NCBI GenBank assembly: GCA_963745035.1
Contig: CAVUVW010000016.1
Coordinates: 128,001-192,000 of the forward strand
Direction: 5' to 3'
Length of the DNA: 64,000 bases
Source: an uncultured delta proteobacterium
GTDB lineage: Bacteria; Desulfobacterota; Binatia; UBA9968
Below, piece after piece: positions 10,345 through 20,737 of this stretch; position 1 is the first letter of the stretch, and each line of letters begins with the position of its first letter. A program made the position numbers and the translations under genes. Under the pieces are notes generated by a model. That model did not search any database, was not told the DNA's origin, and saw only the letters and a list, made by a program, of their open reading frames with translations.

Positions 10345-11079
10345 ATGAAGCAAGTGATCACGCGCCCTTTGAGAGAAGATAAAGACGGCATCGAGGGCTA
10401 CATAGCCCATCCGGAGCGCGCCGAGAAAGGTCCGGGTCTATTGCTGATCCATCAACATTCGGGTCTCACGGGTTACTTGAAAACAGCGGCCTACAAGTTT
10501 GCCCAGCTCGGTTACACGACGGTGATACCAAATTTGTATCACATGCTCGGCTACCCGGCGGAGCAGCACATCGACAAAGGCACCGAGATTCAGAACAAGA
10601 CGCCGGACCCTGAATTCGTGCGAGTCATTGATCGCGGCTGGCGCTACTGTCTCTCGCGCAAGGACGTGGACGGCTCGCGCATTGGCGTGGTCGGCTACTG
10701 CATGGGCGGGCGCCTCGGCATTCACTTCGTCGCCGCGACTCCCGCCGTGCGCGCGTTTGTCGCTTATTATCCATCGGTGCGCGATGAGGAGCCGACGAAG
10801 ATACGGCCGCGCCATCCGAATGACGCGGCGCGCGAGATCAAATGCCCGTCGATGATTCTTTTCGGCGGACAGGATCGAACCAGCACTTTTCCGATTCAGC
10901 AGCAGGTGATGGAAAGCTTCCATGCGAATGGCCAGCCGTTAGAGTGGCATCGGTTTCATTTCGGAAATCACGGTTTCGCGTCGACCGAATCAGATGGCTA
11001 TCAGCCGTATCTCGCCGATCTCGTTTGGCCGTTGGTGACGGAGTTTTTACGACGAGAGTTGGTCGAGCCGGCGATGTAG
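10345..11079 (+). CDS. Dienelactone hydrolase family protein
   Basis: GYCMGG nucleophile elbow, GGQD acid, NHGF His. Confidence 0.88.
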   Translation: MKQVITRPLREDKDGIEGYIAHPERAEKGPGLLLIHQHSGLTGYLKTAAYKFAQLGYTTVIPNLYHMLGYPAEQHIDKGTEIQNKTPDPEFVRVIDRGWRYCLSRKDVDGSRIGVVGYCMGGRLGIHFVAATPAVRAFVAYYPSVRDEEPTKIRPRHPNDAAREIKCPSMILFGGQDRTSTFPIQQQVMESFHANGQPLEWHRFHFGNHGFASTESDGYQPYLADLVWPLVTEFLRRELVEPAM

Positions 11080-11146
11080 TACGGAGCTGATCGACTGTGG
11101 TAGTGTCCGAGATATGTGTCGATCGCTAGGCGGAGGGAGCGGATTG

Positions 11147-12089
11147 ATGAGAAAGGCCGTTCTCCTGGGATTGGTTTGCTATGGGTTGATGTCTGCACCG
11201 CTATGGGCGGCGACGCCCCAGCCGCGGGTGCGAATCGCCTATGCTTCGATCAGCTCCATCTTCGCCGGACTCTGGGTCGCCAAAGAAACCGGCGCGTTTG
11301 AGAAATACGGAGTTCGCGGCGAGTTGCTTTACATCGGCGCCGGGCAGCGTTGCGGTGCAAGCGATGATGGGCGGAGAAGTTGAAGTCGTCGCCGGCGCAG
11401 GCAATGCGGTGATTGCGGCAACCTTGCAAGGCGCGCCGTTGGTCTCCGTGGGATCGGTGGTCAACGTGCCGGCCATGACGTTATGGGTGCAGCCGGAGAT
11501 CAAGAGGCCTGAGCAGTTGCAGGGTAAGGTGCTGGGAATTTCACGCCATGGTTCGGCGACGCATTATTTGACTTTGATCGCTTTAGAAAAACTCGGCTTG
11601 AAAGACAAGGTCAAGCTGCAAGCTCTTGGCGGTGCGCCTGAAACCGATGCATCGTTTCGCGCCGGGCTGATCGCCGGCGCGGTGCGCTCGGTAAAGCCCG
11701 ATCGCAAGGCGCATGGTTTGGCGGATCTTGCCGAGCTCAATATTCCATTTCCGATGGATCTTTTCGCGGTGAACCGGGAATATTACAAGCACTCGGGCAG
11801 AGTCGTCGAAGGGATGCTCAAAGCTTATAGCGACGGCGTCGCAACCATTAAAAAGCGCAAAGATGTAGCTGTCGATGTGATCCGAAAATATCTACGTAAA
11901 AGCGATGTGGAAGACTCTTACGAATACGCGTTTCGTTATCTTGAACGAGTACCGAGGGTGGATCACGGGAGCATCCAAACCGTCTTGGCAATGGAAAACA
12001 AGTCGGATATCGCAGCGAGCAGATTTTATGATAACACGATAATCGACCGGTTGGTTCAAGAAGGGTTTTTCGACAATCTTTATAAGTGA
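11147..12089 (+). CDS. ABC substrate-binding protein, SsuA/NMT1 family, frameshift near 11342
   Basis: MRKAVLLG signal peptide in frame 11114..11383, continuing as GSVAVQAMMGG in frame 11241..12089. Confidence 0.82.
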
Positions 12090-12101
12090 AGGAGAGCGAC
12101 T

Positions 12102-12815
12102 ATGCAGGTAGCCGAATGGCGTAAGGCGATTGGCGAGATGGTGCGCGATCACATGCGTTCGCCGGAGCTGGAGCATTACTTTTCGGTAAAGATGAACAAG
12201 CCGCGGGCGCAAATGATGATCACGCAGCTGGGCCTCTACATCCGCCACCGGCGCGACTGCTGGGCTCTGGTCTCGGCGAATTGCCCCGTCATGGGGGTCA
12301 AGCAAGCTATTCTGCAGCACGAGTACGGCGAAGTGATCAAGGATCAATTTTCGGACTACGGCCACCTGCACCTGATCATCAAGCAGGCCGAAAAGCTCGG
12401 CATGACGCCGAAGGAAGTTATCGACACCAAGCCGATCACGACCACGACGGCGACTTTGTATGCCTGGGCTTGGCTGACGCACGCGAAAAGCTGGATCGAA
12501 GGTTTGTCGGCTCTTACAGTCACGGAATGGACCAACGACGACCGGTTGCTGAAAGACATCGGCGGCGGGCACTCCACGCGCATGGGCAAGCGGTGGACGG
12601 AGGACATGGGGATCGCCTGGCGCGATATGCCGAACTTCGTCGCCCACTCGCAGGCCGATGAAGAGCATAGCGATATGTTTCTGCCGTTTTTGGAAGAGTA
12701 CGCCACGGGAGAAAAAGAACGGCTGGCCCTGGATGCCGTAAAAGAGTCGCTCGATCTGTTCGCGCTTTATCGCGATGGCGTGGCGCGCGCGATGGAAAAG
12801 ATTCCGTTGAATTGA
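12102..12815 (+). CDS. Heme-oxygenase-like diiron (PqqC/CADD-fold) protein, subfamily A, copy 1
   Basis: RHRRDCWA..SANCP, HEYGE..GH, TEW, HSQADEEH putative metal ligands. Confidence 0.8.
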   Translation: MQVAEWRKAIGEMVRDHMRSPELEHYFSVKMNKPRAQMMITQLGLYIRHRRDCWALVSANCPVMGVKQAILQHEYGEVIKDQFSDYGHLHLIIKQAEKLGMTPKEVIDTKPITTTTATLYAWAWLTHAKSWIEGLSALTVTEWTNDDRLLKDIGGGHSTRMGKRWTEDMGIAWRDMPNFVAHSQADEEHSDMFLPFLEEYATGEKERLALDAVKESLDLFALYRDGVARAMEKIPLN

Positions 12816-12826
12816 ATCGTGTCTTT

Positions 12827-12908
12827 TCCTCTCCCCCTGGGAGAGGATTGAGGTGAGGGTGTCATTCGCAGGTTTGCCCTCACCCTTCCCTCTCGCAGAG
12901 GGAGAGGG
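12827..12908. repeat. REP-like palindrome doublet (CCCTCACC..CCTCTCCC..GGGAGAGG family)
   Basis: Two inverted hairpins: tcctctccc-cct-gggagagga-ttgaggtgaggg and ccctcaccctt-ccctctc..gagaggg. Confidence 0.75.
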
Positions 12909-12965
12909 TACGAAATCGGAAGTGACGATATTAACAAAAACTCTGAGCTAACAAGGAGGAAGAAC

Positions 12966-13304
12966 ATGGAAAAACCACGAATTAGACACATCGCAATCAA
13001 CGTCGAAGATCTCGACAAGACCGCGGAATACTACAAAAGAGTTTTTGGCATGGAAGAAAAACATCGCCGCCCTGGGGGAACGATTTATCTATCCGACGGC
13101 CATCTCGATCTCGCTCTTATCCATACCGAGAAATATCCCTGGGGGATCCACCACTTTGGCTTCAAGGTCGATAGCGTCCAAGAAATCGAGAAAATTGCCG
13201 ATACGAAAGCCGAGGACAACACCTACGGCGCCATTGCGGAAAGCTGGATCAAAGACGTCGAAGGTAACCGCGTCGATATCTCCGAGCACGGCTGGCCGAT
13301 CTAG
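12966..13304 (+). CDS. VOC (glyoxalase/bleomycin resistance) family protein
   Basis: AAGGAGG RBS; RHIAINV..YYKRVFG, HHFGFKV, DVEGNRVD. Confidence 0.88.
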   Translation: MEKPRIRHIAINVEDLDKTAEYYKRVFGMEEKHRRPGGTIYLSDGHLDLALIHTEKYPWGIHHFGFKVDSVQEIEKIADTKAEDNTYGAIAESWIKDVEGNRVDISEHGWPI

Positions 13305-13431
13305 CAGCCTGCTGAAAAAGACTCATATGCTTCGTTGCGCTTAATCGCCTCGCGTCAACGTACTGCCGATGTACGCCTCCGCTCGTCGATTTTCGCGCGC
13401 CTCGCCTCTGAGATCTTTTTGAGCAGTCTGC
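13304..13431. mobile_element. MITE-like element (128 bp) with 18-bp imperfect terminal inverted repeats
   Basis: gcagcctgctgaaaaaga ... tctttttgagcagtctgc (16/18 match); no transposase inside. Confidence 0.65.
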
Positions 13432-13515
13432 ACTGCAGTTTTTTTGGTTATCTGCTGGGAAGGTCTCGCATCAAGTCTCTAGTCGCGGCAGATTTAAAGC
13501 GTATGGGATAGCCGG

Positions 13516-14478
13516 ATGTTTGTTGCTCAGTACTTAGTCCGCATTTACGCTGCCCTGACCTTATTTTTTCTCGCCCTCGCGCCCGGACTGTCAACGGCTC
13601 AGGCTCTTCCAAAGGTGAGCGTTGCTTATGCGGCTATCAGCCCGATATTCGCAGGGGTTTGGATGGCCAAAGAGATCGGCGCCTTCGAGAAGCACGGCCT
13701 CAAGTCGGAATTGGTTTATATCAGTTCCGGCAGCATTACCGTGCAGGCGATGGTGGGCGGCAATTTGGACATGAGCGTGGCCGCGAGCAACGCTGTGGTG
13801 AGCTCGATTCTTCGCGGCGCGCCGCTGATCGCGGTCGGCAGTATCACCAACCGACCGGCCATGAGCTTATTTGTCCAACCCGAAATCTCCAGACCTGAGC
13901 AGCTTCAAGGCAAAGCGCTCGCGATCACCCGCCACGGCTCGTCGACGCATTTTCTAACTCTTTTCGTTCTCGAAAAGCTCGGCCTTAAAGACAAGGTCAA
14001 GATCCAACCCATGGGCGGAACTCGGGAAGTGGACACCGCGGTCCGAACCGGGATGGTCGCGGGAGCCGTGCGCAGCATGAAGCCTGGGCCAAAAACACGA
14101 ATGTTGGTCGACTTGCCCGACCTAGGGATTCCGTTCTCGATGGATCTCATCGCAGTGAAGCGCGAGTTTGCCAAGAATTCTCCTCGCTCCGTGGAAGCGA
14201 TGCTCAAGGCGTATATCGAGGGAGTCGCGGCGCTGCGAACCAGAAAGGAATTCGCTTATAAGGTTTTGGGCAAGTACCTCCTTGGCGGCGAGTCGTTGGA
14301 TGAAGCCTACGAGTATGCGGTTAAATATCTTGATCGTGAGGCAAAAGTGGATCCGGCGGTTATTCAGACGGTTTTGAATTGGGAGAATAAGGGCGAAACT
14401 TCGGTCAACGACTTTTTCGACAATTCGATAATCGATCGAATCATCAAAGAGGGGTTTGTCGACCGGCTGTACAAATAG
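13516..14478 (+). CDS. ABC substrate-binding protein, SsuA/NMT1 family
   Basis: Signal peptide; WMAKEIGAFEKHGL, TRHGSSTH, DNSIIDR..EGFVDRLYK. Confidence 0.88.
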   Translation: MFVAQYLVRIYAALTLFFLALAPGLSTAQALPKVSVAYAAISPIFAGVWMAKEIGAFEKHGLKSELVYISSGSITVQAMVGGNLDMSVAASNAVVSSILRGAPLIAVGSITNRPAMSLFVQPEISRPEQLQGKALAITRHGSSTHFLTLFVLEKLGLKDKVKIQPMGGTREVDTAVRTGMVAGAVRSMKPGPKTRMLVDLPDLGIPFSMDLIAVKREFAKNSPRSVEAMLKAYIEGVAALRTRKEFAYKVLGKYLLGGESLDEAYEYAVKYLDREAKVDPAVIQTVLNWENKGETSVNDFFDNSIIDRIIKEGFVDRLYK

Positions 14479-14556
14479 TCCCGCGACTGCAGCATTTGTC
14501 CGGAATCGCGTCAGCCCCCACGCAAGTAGGTTGGAAGAGATACGAAGGAGAAGAGC

Positions 14557-15264
14557 ATGAATCAAGCGCAGTGGCGGTGCGAGCTTGGAGAGATCGTGCG
14601 AAACGCGATGCGTTCGCCCGAGATCGAGCACTACTTCAAGGTCAAGATCACCAAGGCCGGCGCGCGGGCATTGACCACGCAGCTCGGTCTCTTCATTCGC
14701 CATCGGCGCGACTGCTGGGCGCATGTCTCGGCCAACTGCCCGCACATGACGGTGAAACAAAAAATTCTACGCCACGAATACGGCGAGGTGATCAAGGACG
14801 AATATACCGAGCACGGTCATCTGGATCTCATCGTCCGTCAAGGCAAAGCCCTAGGATTGTCGGTGAAGGAAACGCTCGAGGTCGAGCCGTTGCCCACGAC
14901 CATGGCCACGCTCTACGCGTGGGGCTGGATGACTCGGGAAAAAAGTTGGCTCGAAGGGATGGTGTCGTTGTCCGTCACCGAGTGGGCCAACGACGATCGC
15001 TTGCATCACGACATCGGCGGCGGTCTCTCGAGCCGCATGGCCAAGCGCTGGATGGACGATCTGGGATTTGGCTGGGAGCAAATGCCGAATTTCAAAGTGC
15101 ACAGCCAAGCGGACGAAGAGCACAGCGACATGTTTCTCGAGGATCTAGAGCATTACGCCGTCGGTGAGAAGGAAAGCCTCGTCATTCAGGCCGCCAAAGA
15201 GTCCATGGAGCTGCATAAAATATTCCGCGGCGGCATCGCCAAAGAGATGGAAAGACTAGGTTAG
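14557..15264 (+). CDS. Heme-oxygenase-like diiron protein, subfamily A, copy 2
   Basis: RHRRDCWAHVSANCP, HEYGE..HGH, TEW, HSQADEEH. Confidence 0.8.
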   Translation: MNQAQWRCELGEIVRNAMRSPEIEHYFKVKITKAGARALTTQLGLFIRHRRDCWAHVSANCPHMTVKQKILRHEYGEVIKDEYTEHGHLDLIVRQGKALGLSVKETLEVEPLPTTMATLYAWGWMTREKSWLEGMVSLSVTEWANDDRLHHDIGGGLSSRMAKRWMDDLGFGWEQMPNFKVHSQADEEHSDMFLEDLEHYAVGEKESLVIQAAKESMELHKIFRGGIAKEMERLG

Positions 15265-15294
15265 AACTGATGCCGACGTGACGGAATAACAACG

Positions 15295-16002
15295 ATGAAT
15301 GCGAACGAATGGTCTTCTGCTTTCGGCGAATTGGCGCGGCAAACGATGTCTTCGCCGGAGCTCGAGCGTTATTTTTCCATACCGATTACCAAGGCGCGCG
15401 CGCAAATCATCCTGCAGCAGCTTTCGCTCTATGTGCGCCACCGGCGCGATTGCTGGGCTTACGTGTCGGGAAATACGCCGGTGCTCGCCGTGAAGCAGAA
15501 GATTCTCGGCCACGAATATGAAGAGATGATCCGCGATCAGCATTCGGAGCACGGCCATCTCGATTTGATCATTCGCCAAGGAAAATGCATCGGTCTAAGC
15601 GCCGACGACATCTTGAATACCAAGCCGCTCGCGAGCACCTCGGCGACGCTGTACGCGTGGGGCTGGATGTGCAAGAAAAAGCATTGGCTCGAAGGCCTGG
15701 CGGCGATGAGCGCGACGGAATGGAATCAGGACGACCGGCTGCTCGGCGATTTGGGCGGCGGCCACGCGTTTAAAATGGGCCAGCGATGGGTCGAGCATCT
15801 GGGCATAACCTGGGATGATCTGCCGAATTGGAAAGCGCACCGCGAAGCCGACAAAGGCCATGTCGATATGTTTCTGCCGGTTTGGGAAGAATACGGCAAA
15901 GGCGAAAACGAAAGATTGATCTTGCAGGCGGCGAAAGAGTCGGAAGAACTTTATCGTGTCTATCAGGCGGGGATCGCGGATGCGATGGAACGGGTGTCGT
16001 AG
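15295..16002 (+). CDS. Heme-oxygenase-like diiron protein, subfamily A, copy 3
   Basis: RHRRDCWA, HEYEE..HGH, TEW, HREADKGH. Confidence 0.8.
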   Translation: MNANEWSSAFGELARQTMSSPELERYFSIPITKARAQIILQQLSLYVRHRRDCWAYVSGNTPVLAVKQKILGHEYEEMIRDQHSEHGHLDLIIRQGKCIGLSADDILNTKPLASTSATLYAWGWMCKKKHWLEGLAAMSATEWNQDDRLLGDLGGGHAFKMGQRWVEHLGITWDDLPNWKAHREADKGHVDMFLPVWEEYGKGENERLILQAAKESEELYRVYQAGIADAMERVS

Positions 16003-16083
16003 GATCCCGCTCGAGATGAAAGATAGCGCAACGTGCGGAGATCCAAGCGATGACTCTCTCGCAAAAGGTTGCTGATATTTTAT

Positions 16084-16219
16084 TCCTTCCCCCTCGACGG
16101 CGGAAGGTTAGGATGGGGGTGCTGCGCAGCAATTGAAAACGGGCGTCCCCACCCCGGCTTGAACAGGAGGCCGGCTTGAACGGAGCGCAGCGGTTGAACG
16201 GCTTGAACGTTTTGAACGA
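16084..16219 (-). repeat. Composite repeat: GTTCAA array + IS481-end-like 14-mer + REP-like hairpin
   Basis: Reverse strand reads gttcaaaacgttcaagccgttcaa...cctcc-tgttcaagccgggg...ccgtcgagggggaagga. Confidence 0.75.
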
Positions 16220-16254
16220 AGAAGTGGTTGAGAAAAGCGTCAGGAGAACAAGCA

Positions 16255-17295
16255 ATGAGACTGTAAACTTGTAGCCGCATTGTGTGCGCTATTATTCGCC
16301 GCGCCGGCATTCGCTCAGGCGCCGTTTTACCAAGGCAAGACCATTACGATGATCGCGACGACTTCGCCGGGCGGGACCGGCGACCTGCGGGTCAAGGCAC
16401 TGATGCCCACCTTGCGCAAACATATCCCGGGAAATCCGACACTGATCATCGAGTACATGGAAGGCGGCGGCGGACGTAAAGGCGCCAATTATCTCTATCG
16501 GAATGTCAAGCCGGATGGCCTCACACTCGGCGCGTTTGGCGGCGCCGTTATCGCTTTGCAGGTCATGGGCGAAAGCGGCGTGTTGTACGATATCGACAAA
16601 TTCAGCTATTTCGGCTCGCCGGAGAGCACCAATCATTACACGATTTACAGTCGCAAGGAACTCGGATTGACCAGCCCGGAAAAATTGCGCAACGCCTCGG
16701 GCCTCCGCATCGGCGCGCAAGAGGTCGGCCACGTATCCTATATCGCCGGCCGACTATTTGCCTACTTCATAGGCTTCAAAGATCCCAAGTTCATCGCCGG
16801 TTACACCGCGCCAGAGGTTGACGCCGCCCTGGTGCGCGGGGAACTCGATGCCAGGGCCAACAATGCCGCGTCGGTGTTGCGCCGGAATCCGGATTGGTTC
16901 GACAAAGGCGTGATGAATTTTCATGCCATCCTGGAAGTGCCCAAAGGCGACAAGCATCCGAAGCTCGGCCACCTGCCGGAGATCGAAAGCTTCGCTAAGA
17001 TCGGAGAGAGAAAGAAGGCTGCTCACCATGTGGCGGGGCTTTAGAGTGGTCGGCTCGCCTTACATCGCACCGCCGGGAACGCCTAAAAACCGCATCGATA
17101 TTCTTCAGGAAGCATTTCGCAAGGCGCTCAAGGACCCGGAATTTCACCGCGACTTTACGAAATTGGTCGGCGAGGAACGCCGAGCCGCTGATGCCCGAGG
17201 AATTGACCCGAGTGATCCGCGAAATGCCGCGGGATGCCGAGGTAACGGACCTGCTGAAAACGCTCTCCGGCGCAGGCCCGCTGCCGGCGCGGTGA
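16255..17295 (+). CDS. tctC: TctC-like binding protein with several frameshifts (about 16265, 17000, 17180)
   Basis: QAPFYQGKTIT, PGGTGD, HIPGNPT; fragments continue through PPGTPK to the ..GPLPAR stop, as in paralogs. Confidence 0.75.
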
Positions 17296-17322
17296 AGGGC
17301 GGTGCGGCGAATAAAAAGACTC

Positions 17323-17396
17323 CACCGCCGAGTTCGCCGAGCTCGGAAATTTGTTGAGACAAATTCCTACTTGGCGTTCTCTGCGTCTCCGCGGTA
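17323..17396. repeat. Degenerate CACCGC-GAG...CTCTGCGTCTCCGCGGT hairpin repeat
   Basis: Same family as 41749..41837. Confidence 0.55.
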
Positions 17397-17556
17397 ATAA
17401 CATCTGCGGGAAATAGCCCCAAAAAAGTACTTGCGTGAGAATATTGAACCCCATATAAGAGCGCTGCGCCTTCAGGGTGGCACCAACAACGAAAGGAAAC
17501 TGAATCCTTGCTCCTGGCGATGAGGCAGAAAACAGCCGAGACAGGAGACCTTAATC

Positions 17557-19086
17557 ATGGAACCTTCTCTTTTTAGCGCGGCCGCCCAGGGCTTTTTGAA
17601 CCTGCTTCAGCTCAAGGTTTTCATGGCGATGTTGATCGGGGTCAGCATCGGCACCTTCACCGCCGTGGCGCCTCAGGGATTGGGCATGCCGCTGGTTTAT
17701 GCGATCGCTGCTGCCTGTCGTCATCAAGTGGGAGCCGCTTACCGGCATCGCCCTCCTTATCGGCGCCAGCTCGGTCAGCGCCATCTGCGCGGCCTACCTG
17801 CCGATCCTTTTCGGCATACCGGGCGGCTCGGGTTCCCAAGCGACGGTCCTCGACGGTTATCCAATGGGCAAGCGCGGCGAGGGACGGCGCGCGCTCGGCG
17901 CATCTTTCATGGCCGGCGGGCATGGGCGCTCTGATCGGCACCTTCACCCTGGCTGCCGCCATTCCGGCGGCGCGTCCGTTGATCTACCTGATGGGCTCGC
18001 CCGAGCTTTTCGTTGTCATGCTCTGGGGCTTGAGCATGGTCGCGGTGCTCGGCGGGTCGCCGGCCTATCAAAGGATTGATCGCCGCGGCATTCGGTCTGC
18101 TGCTCGCCACCGTCGGCCAGCAGGCGCAGAGCGGCGTGATGCGCTTTGTCTTCGACCAACCTTATCTGCTCGACGGTATTTCCATCAGCATCATCGCGCT
18201 GGCGCTGTTTGGCGTTCCCTCTGCCCTGGACCTGGCTCTCACCAAGCTCGGCGTCGAGCAGCAGCCGGTGCCGCTCAAAGGGAGCCTGTTGGACGGCGCC
18301 AAGGACGCGCTGCGCGAATGGTGGCTGGTGCTGCGCTGCAGCTTCGTCGGCGTCTGGGTGGGCATCGTTCCCGGGCTCGGCTCGCAGGTGGTCGACTGGC
18401 TCGCCTACGGCCACGCGGCGCAGACCGCTAAGGATGGACGGAGCCAACTTCGGCAAAGGCGACGTGCGCGGCGTAATCGCGCCGGAAAGCGCCAACGACG
18501 CCAAAGACGGCGGCGACCTGGTCACGACATTACTTCTGGGCTTTCCGCAGGGCGTGGTGACCGCGTTGTTTATCGTCGCGCTGCTCGCCTGGGGTTACTT
18601 GCCGGGCCCGGAAATGGTCAAAAAAAATCCCGAGCTGATCTACAGCATCGTTTGGCTCCAGGGCATCTCAGGCATCGTCGGCACGCTCGTCGGTTTCACT
18701 CTGGCCGGGCAACTCGCCAAGCTGGCCGAGGTCCGCTACACCTTCATGGTTCCCATCATGTTTATCTTCATCCTGATGGGAGCCTTCAGCGTCAACCGCG
18801 ATCCGGTCGATCTTGCTGGTCGTCGTCGCTTTCGGCGCGCTTGGGTTACTTCATGCGCCGCTACGGTTTTCCTCGGCCCGCGATGATTCTCGGCCTCGTA
18901 CTCGGCGACCTGATGGAAAAGTATCTCTACCGCTCGGTGGCGAGCTACGGTTTCTACCTGGCTGGCGCGCCCGGCCGTGATCGTGCTGTTCGCTGCTTGC
19001 CGCCGCTGTCATTATTCTTAACCATGCGCGGCCGAGCGAAGGCGAGTGCCAAGGCGAAGGGTGAGACTAGCGCCTGCTTCATTTAG
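17557..19086 (+). CDS. tctA: TctA large permease with multiple frameshifts (sequencing errors or pseudogene)
   Basis: Fragments with IPGGSGSQATVLDGYPM, GSPELF, GIVPGLGS, FGKGDVRGVIAPESAN and PAMILGLVLG, collinear with intact 38139..39626. Confidence 0.8.
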
Positions 19087-19109
19087 CGGCGCCATCGCGA
19101 GGTCGGAAG

Positions 19110-19584
19110 ATGAAAGCTGATTTTACGCTGTTTTTTCTGGTGGTCTTTGTCGGCGCCGCGCTCTCGGGTTGGGAGTGGCCGAATATCGCCAAGATCATGC
19201 CCGTGTACGTCGCCGCCATACCGGGATTAATTCTCGTCCTCATGCAACTCTACCGCGACGCCACCGGTTGGGAACGCAGCGGAACAGGCGCTTCGGCGGC
19301 ATCGACATGGACGAAGTCACCGACGTGCAGTTGGACAAGAAAACCGAGATCCAGCGCACCTTGACGTACTTTGCATGGTTCATCGGCGGCGCGGTCGGCA
19401 TCTGGCTTATTGGGATTGGTCATCGCTCTGCCGCTGCTGGTTTTTCTCTACGCGCTGATCGAAGGCAAGGAAAAATGGTTACGTCGCTCTGATCGCGGCG
19501 GCTTGCACTTACGCGCTCGTCTGGGGTCTGTTCGAATATATGCTCGAAACGCGCTGGCCGCCGGGTCTTCTTATCGACCGCTGA
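19110..19584 (+). CDS. tctB: TctB small permease, frameshifted
   Basis: Hydrophobic fragments following tctA, ending GLFEYMLETRWPPGLL. Confidence 0.65.
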
Positions 19585-19614
19585 CAGCCGGTTAGAAATC
19601 CGCAGGAAGCCTGC

Positions 19615-20676
19615 ATGCGATCGCCAGGAATGCGCATTCTCGTAGTTTTCATTCGCGTCGCTGATGTTGTCTGCCTCACGAGCAGGCCTGCGCTGGCGCA
19701 AGCTCCCTACTTTCAAAACAAGACGATCAAAATCATCCGCGGCGGCGAACCCGGAGGCACTGGCGATCTGCAGGCGCGCGCGCTGATCCCCTTCTTGAAA
19801 AAGCATATTCCGGGCGATCCGACCATCGTCGTCGAAAACATGCCCGGCGCCGCCGGACGAAAGGCCGCGAATCATATCTTTTCCACCGCCAAGCCGGACG
19901 GCCTCTCGATCGGGGCGGTCGGCGCGGGCTTGGTTGCCGGACCGATCCTTGGCCTCTCCGGCTCCCAGTACGACCTCGATAAGCTGATCTATCTTGGCTC
20001 GACCGAAAGCGGCGATCCCTACGCCTTCGTCAGCCGCAAAGAGTCAGGTCTGGACAGTTTGGAAAAACTCCGCGCCGCGACCGGCCTGCGCCTCGGCGCG
20101 CAAGCTGTCGGGCACCCGATCTACGTGAGCGGCCGGCTCTTCGCTTACCTGCTCGGTTTGAAAGAACCCAAGATGGTCGTCGGCTACGGCGGCCTCGAGC
20201 TCGATGTCGCTCTCGAAAGAGGAGAGGTGGATGTGCGCGCGAACGGCGCGGATACCATCGTTCAACGCCATCCCGGCGGCGAGTACAAAAACTTTTTGGT
20301 TTTTCACGCCTCGATTTCGATCCCAAAGGGAAATCTTCCTCCGAGCCTGCCAAAGAGTCCCGAATTGGAGACTTTCGCAAAGAATGATCGTGAGCGCCAG
20401 CTGATCAACCTGTTTCGCACTTTTCTCTATCCACGCTGGCCTTACATCATCTCTCCCGGCACGCCAAAGGAGATCGTCGCGATATTGCGCGGCGCGATGA
20501 CTAAGGCGTTCAAGGACGCGGGGTTTCACGCCGAGTTCAAGAAATTGATGACGACCAGTCCAACGCCGCTCACCGGCGAGCAAGTGGAAACCGCGATCCG
20601 TGAGCTGCCGCGCGACCCTGATATTGTAAGTCTGTACAAGAAAATGGCCGAAGAAGGGGCGCTGCCGGCGCGTTAA
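19615..20676 (+). CDS. tctC: TctC-like binding protein
   Basis: PGGTGD, HIPGDPTIVVENMPGAAG, KPDGL, PGTPKE. Confidence 0.85.
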   Translation: MRSPGMRILVVFIRVADVVCLTSRPALAQAPYFQNKTIKIIRGGEPGGTGDLQARALIPFLKKHIPGDPTIVVENMPGAAGRKAANHIFSTAKPDGLSIGAVGAGLVAGPILGLSGSQYDLDKLIYLGSTESGDPYAFVSRKESGLDSLEKLRAATGLRLGAQAVGHPIYVSGRLFAYLLGLKEPKMVVGYGGLELDVALERGEVDVRANGADTIVQRHPGGEYKNFLVFHASISIPKGNLPPSLPKSPELETFAKNDRERQLINLFRTFLYPRWPYIISPGTPKEIVAILRGAMTKAFKDAGFHAEFKKLMTTSPTPLTGEQVETAIRELPRDPDIVSLYKKMAEEGALPAR

Positions 20677-20686
20677 AAAAGGCGAG

Positions 20687-20730
20687 GTTCAAGTCGTTCA
20701 AAACGTTCAAGCCGTTCAAAACGATCAAAC
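20687..20730 (+). repeat. 9-bp periodic GTTCAA-NNC tandem array
   Basis: gttcaagtc gttcaaaac gttcaagcc gttcaaaac gatcaaac. Confidence 0.8.
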
Positions 20731-20737
20731 CCCCTCC

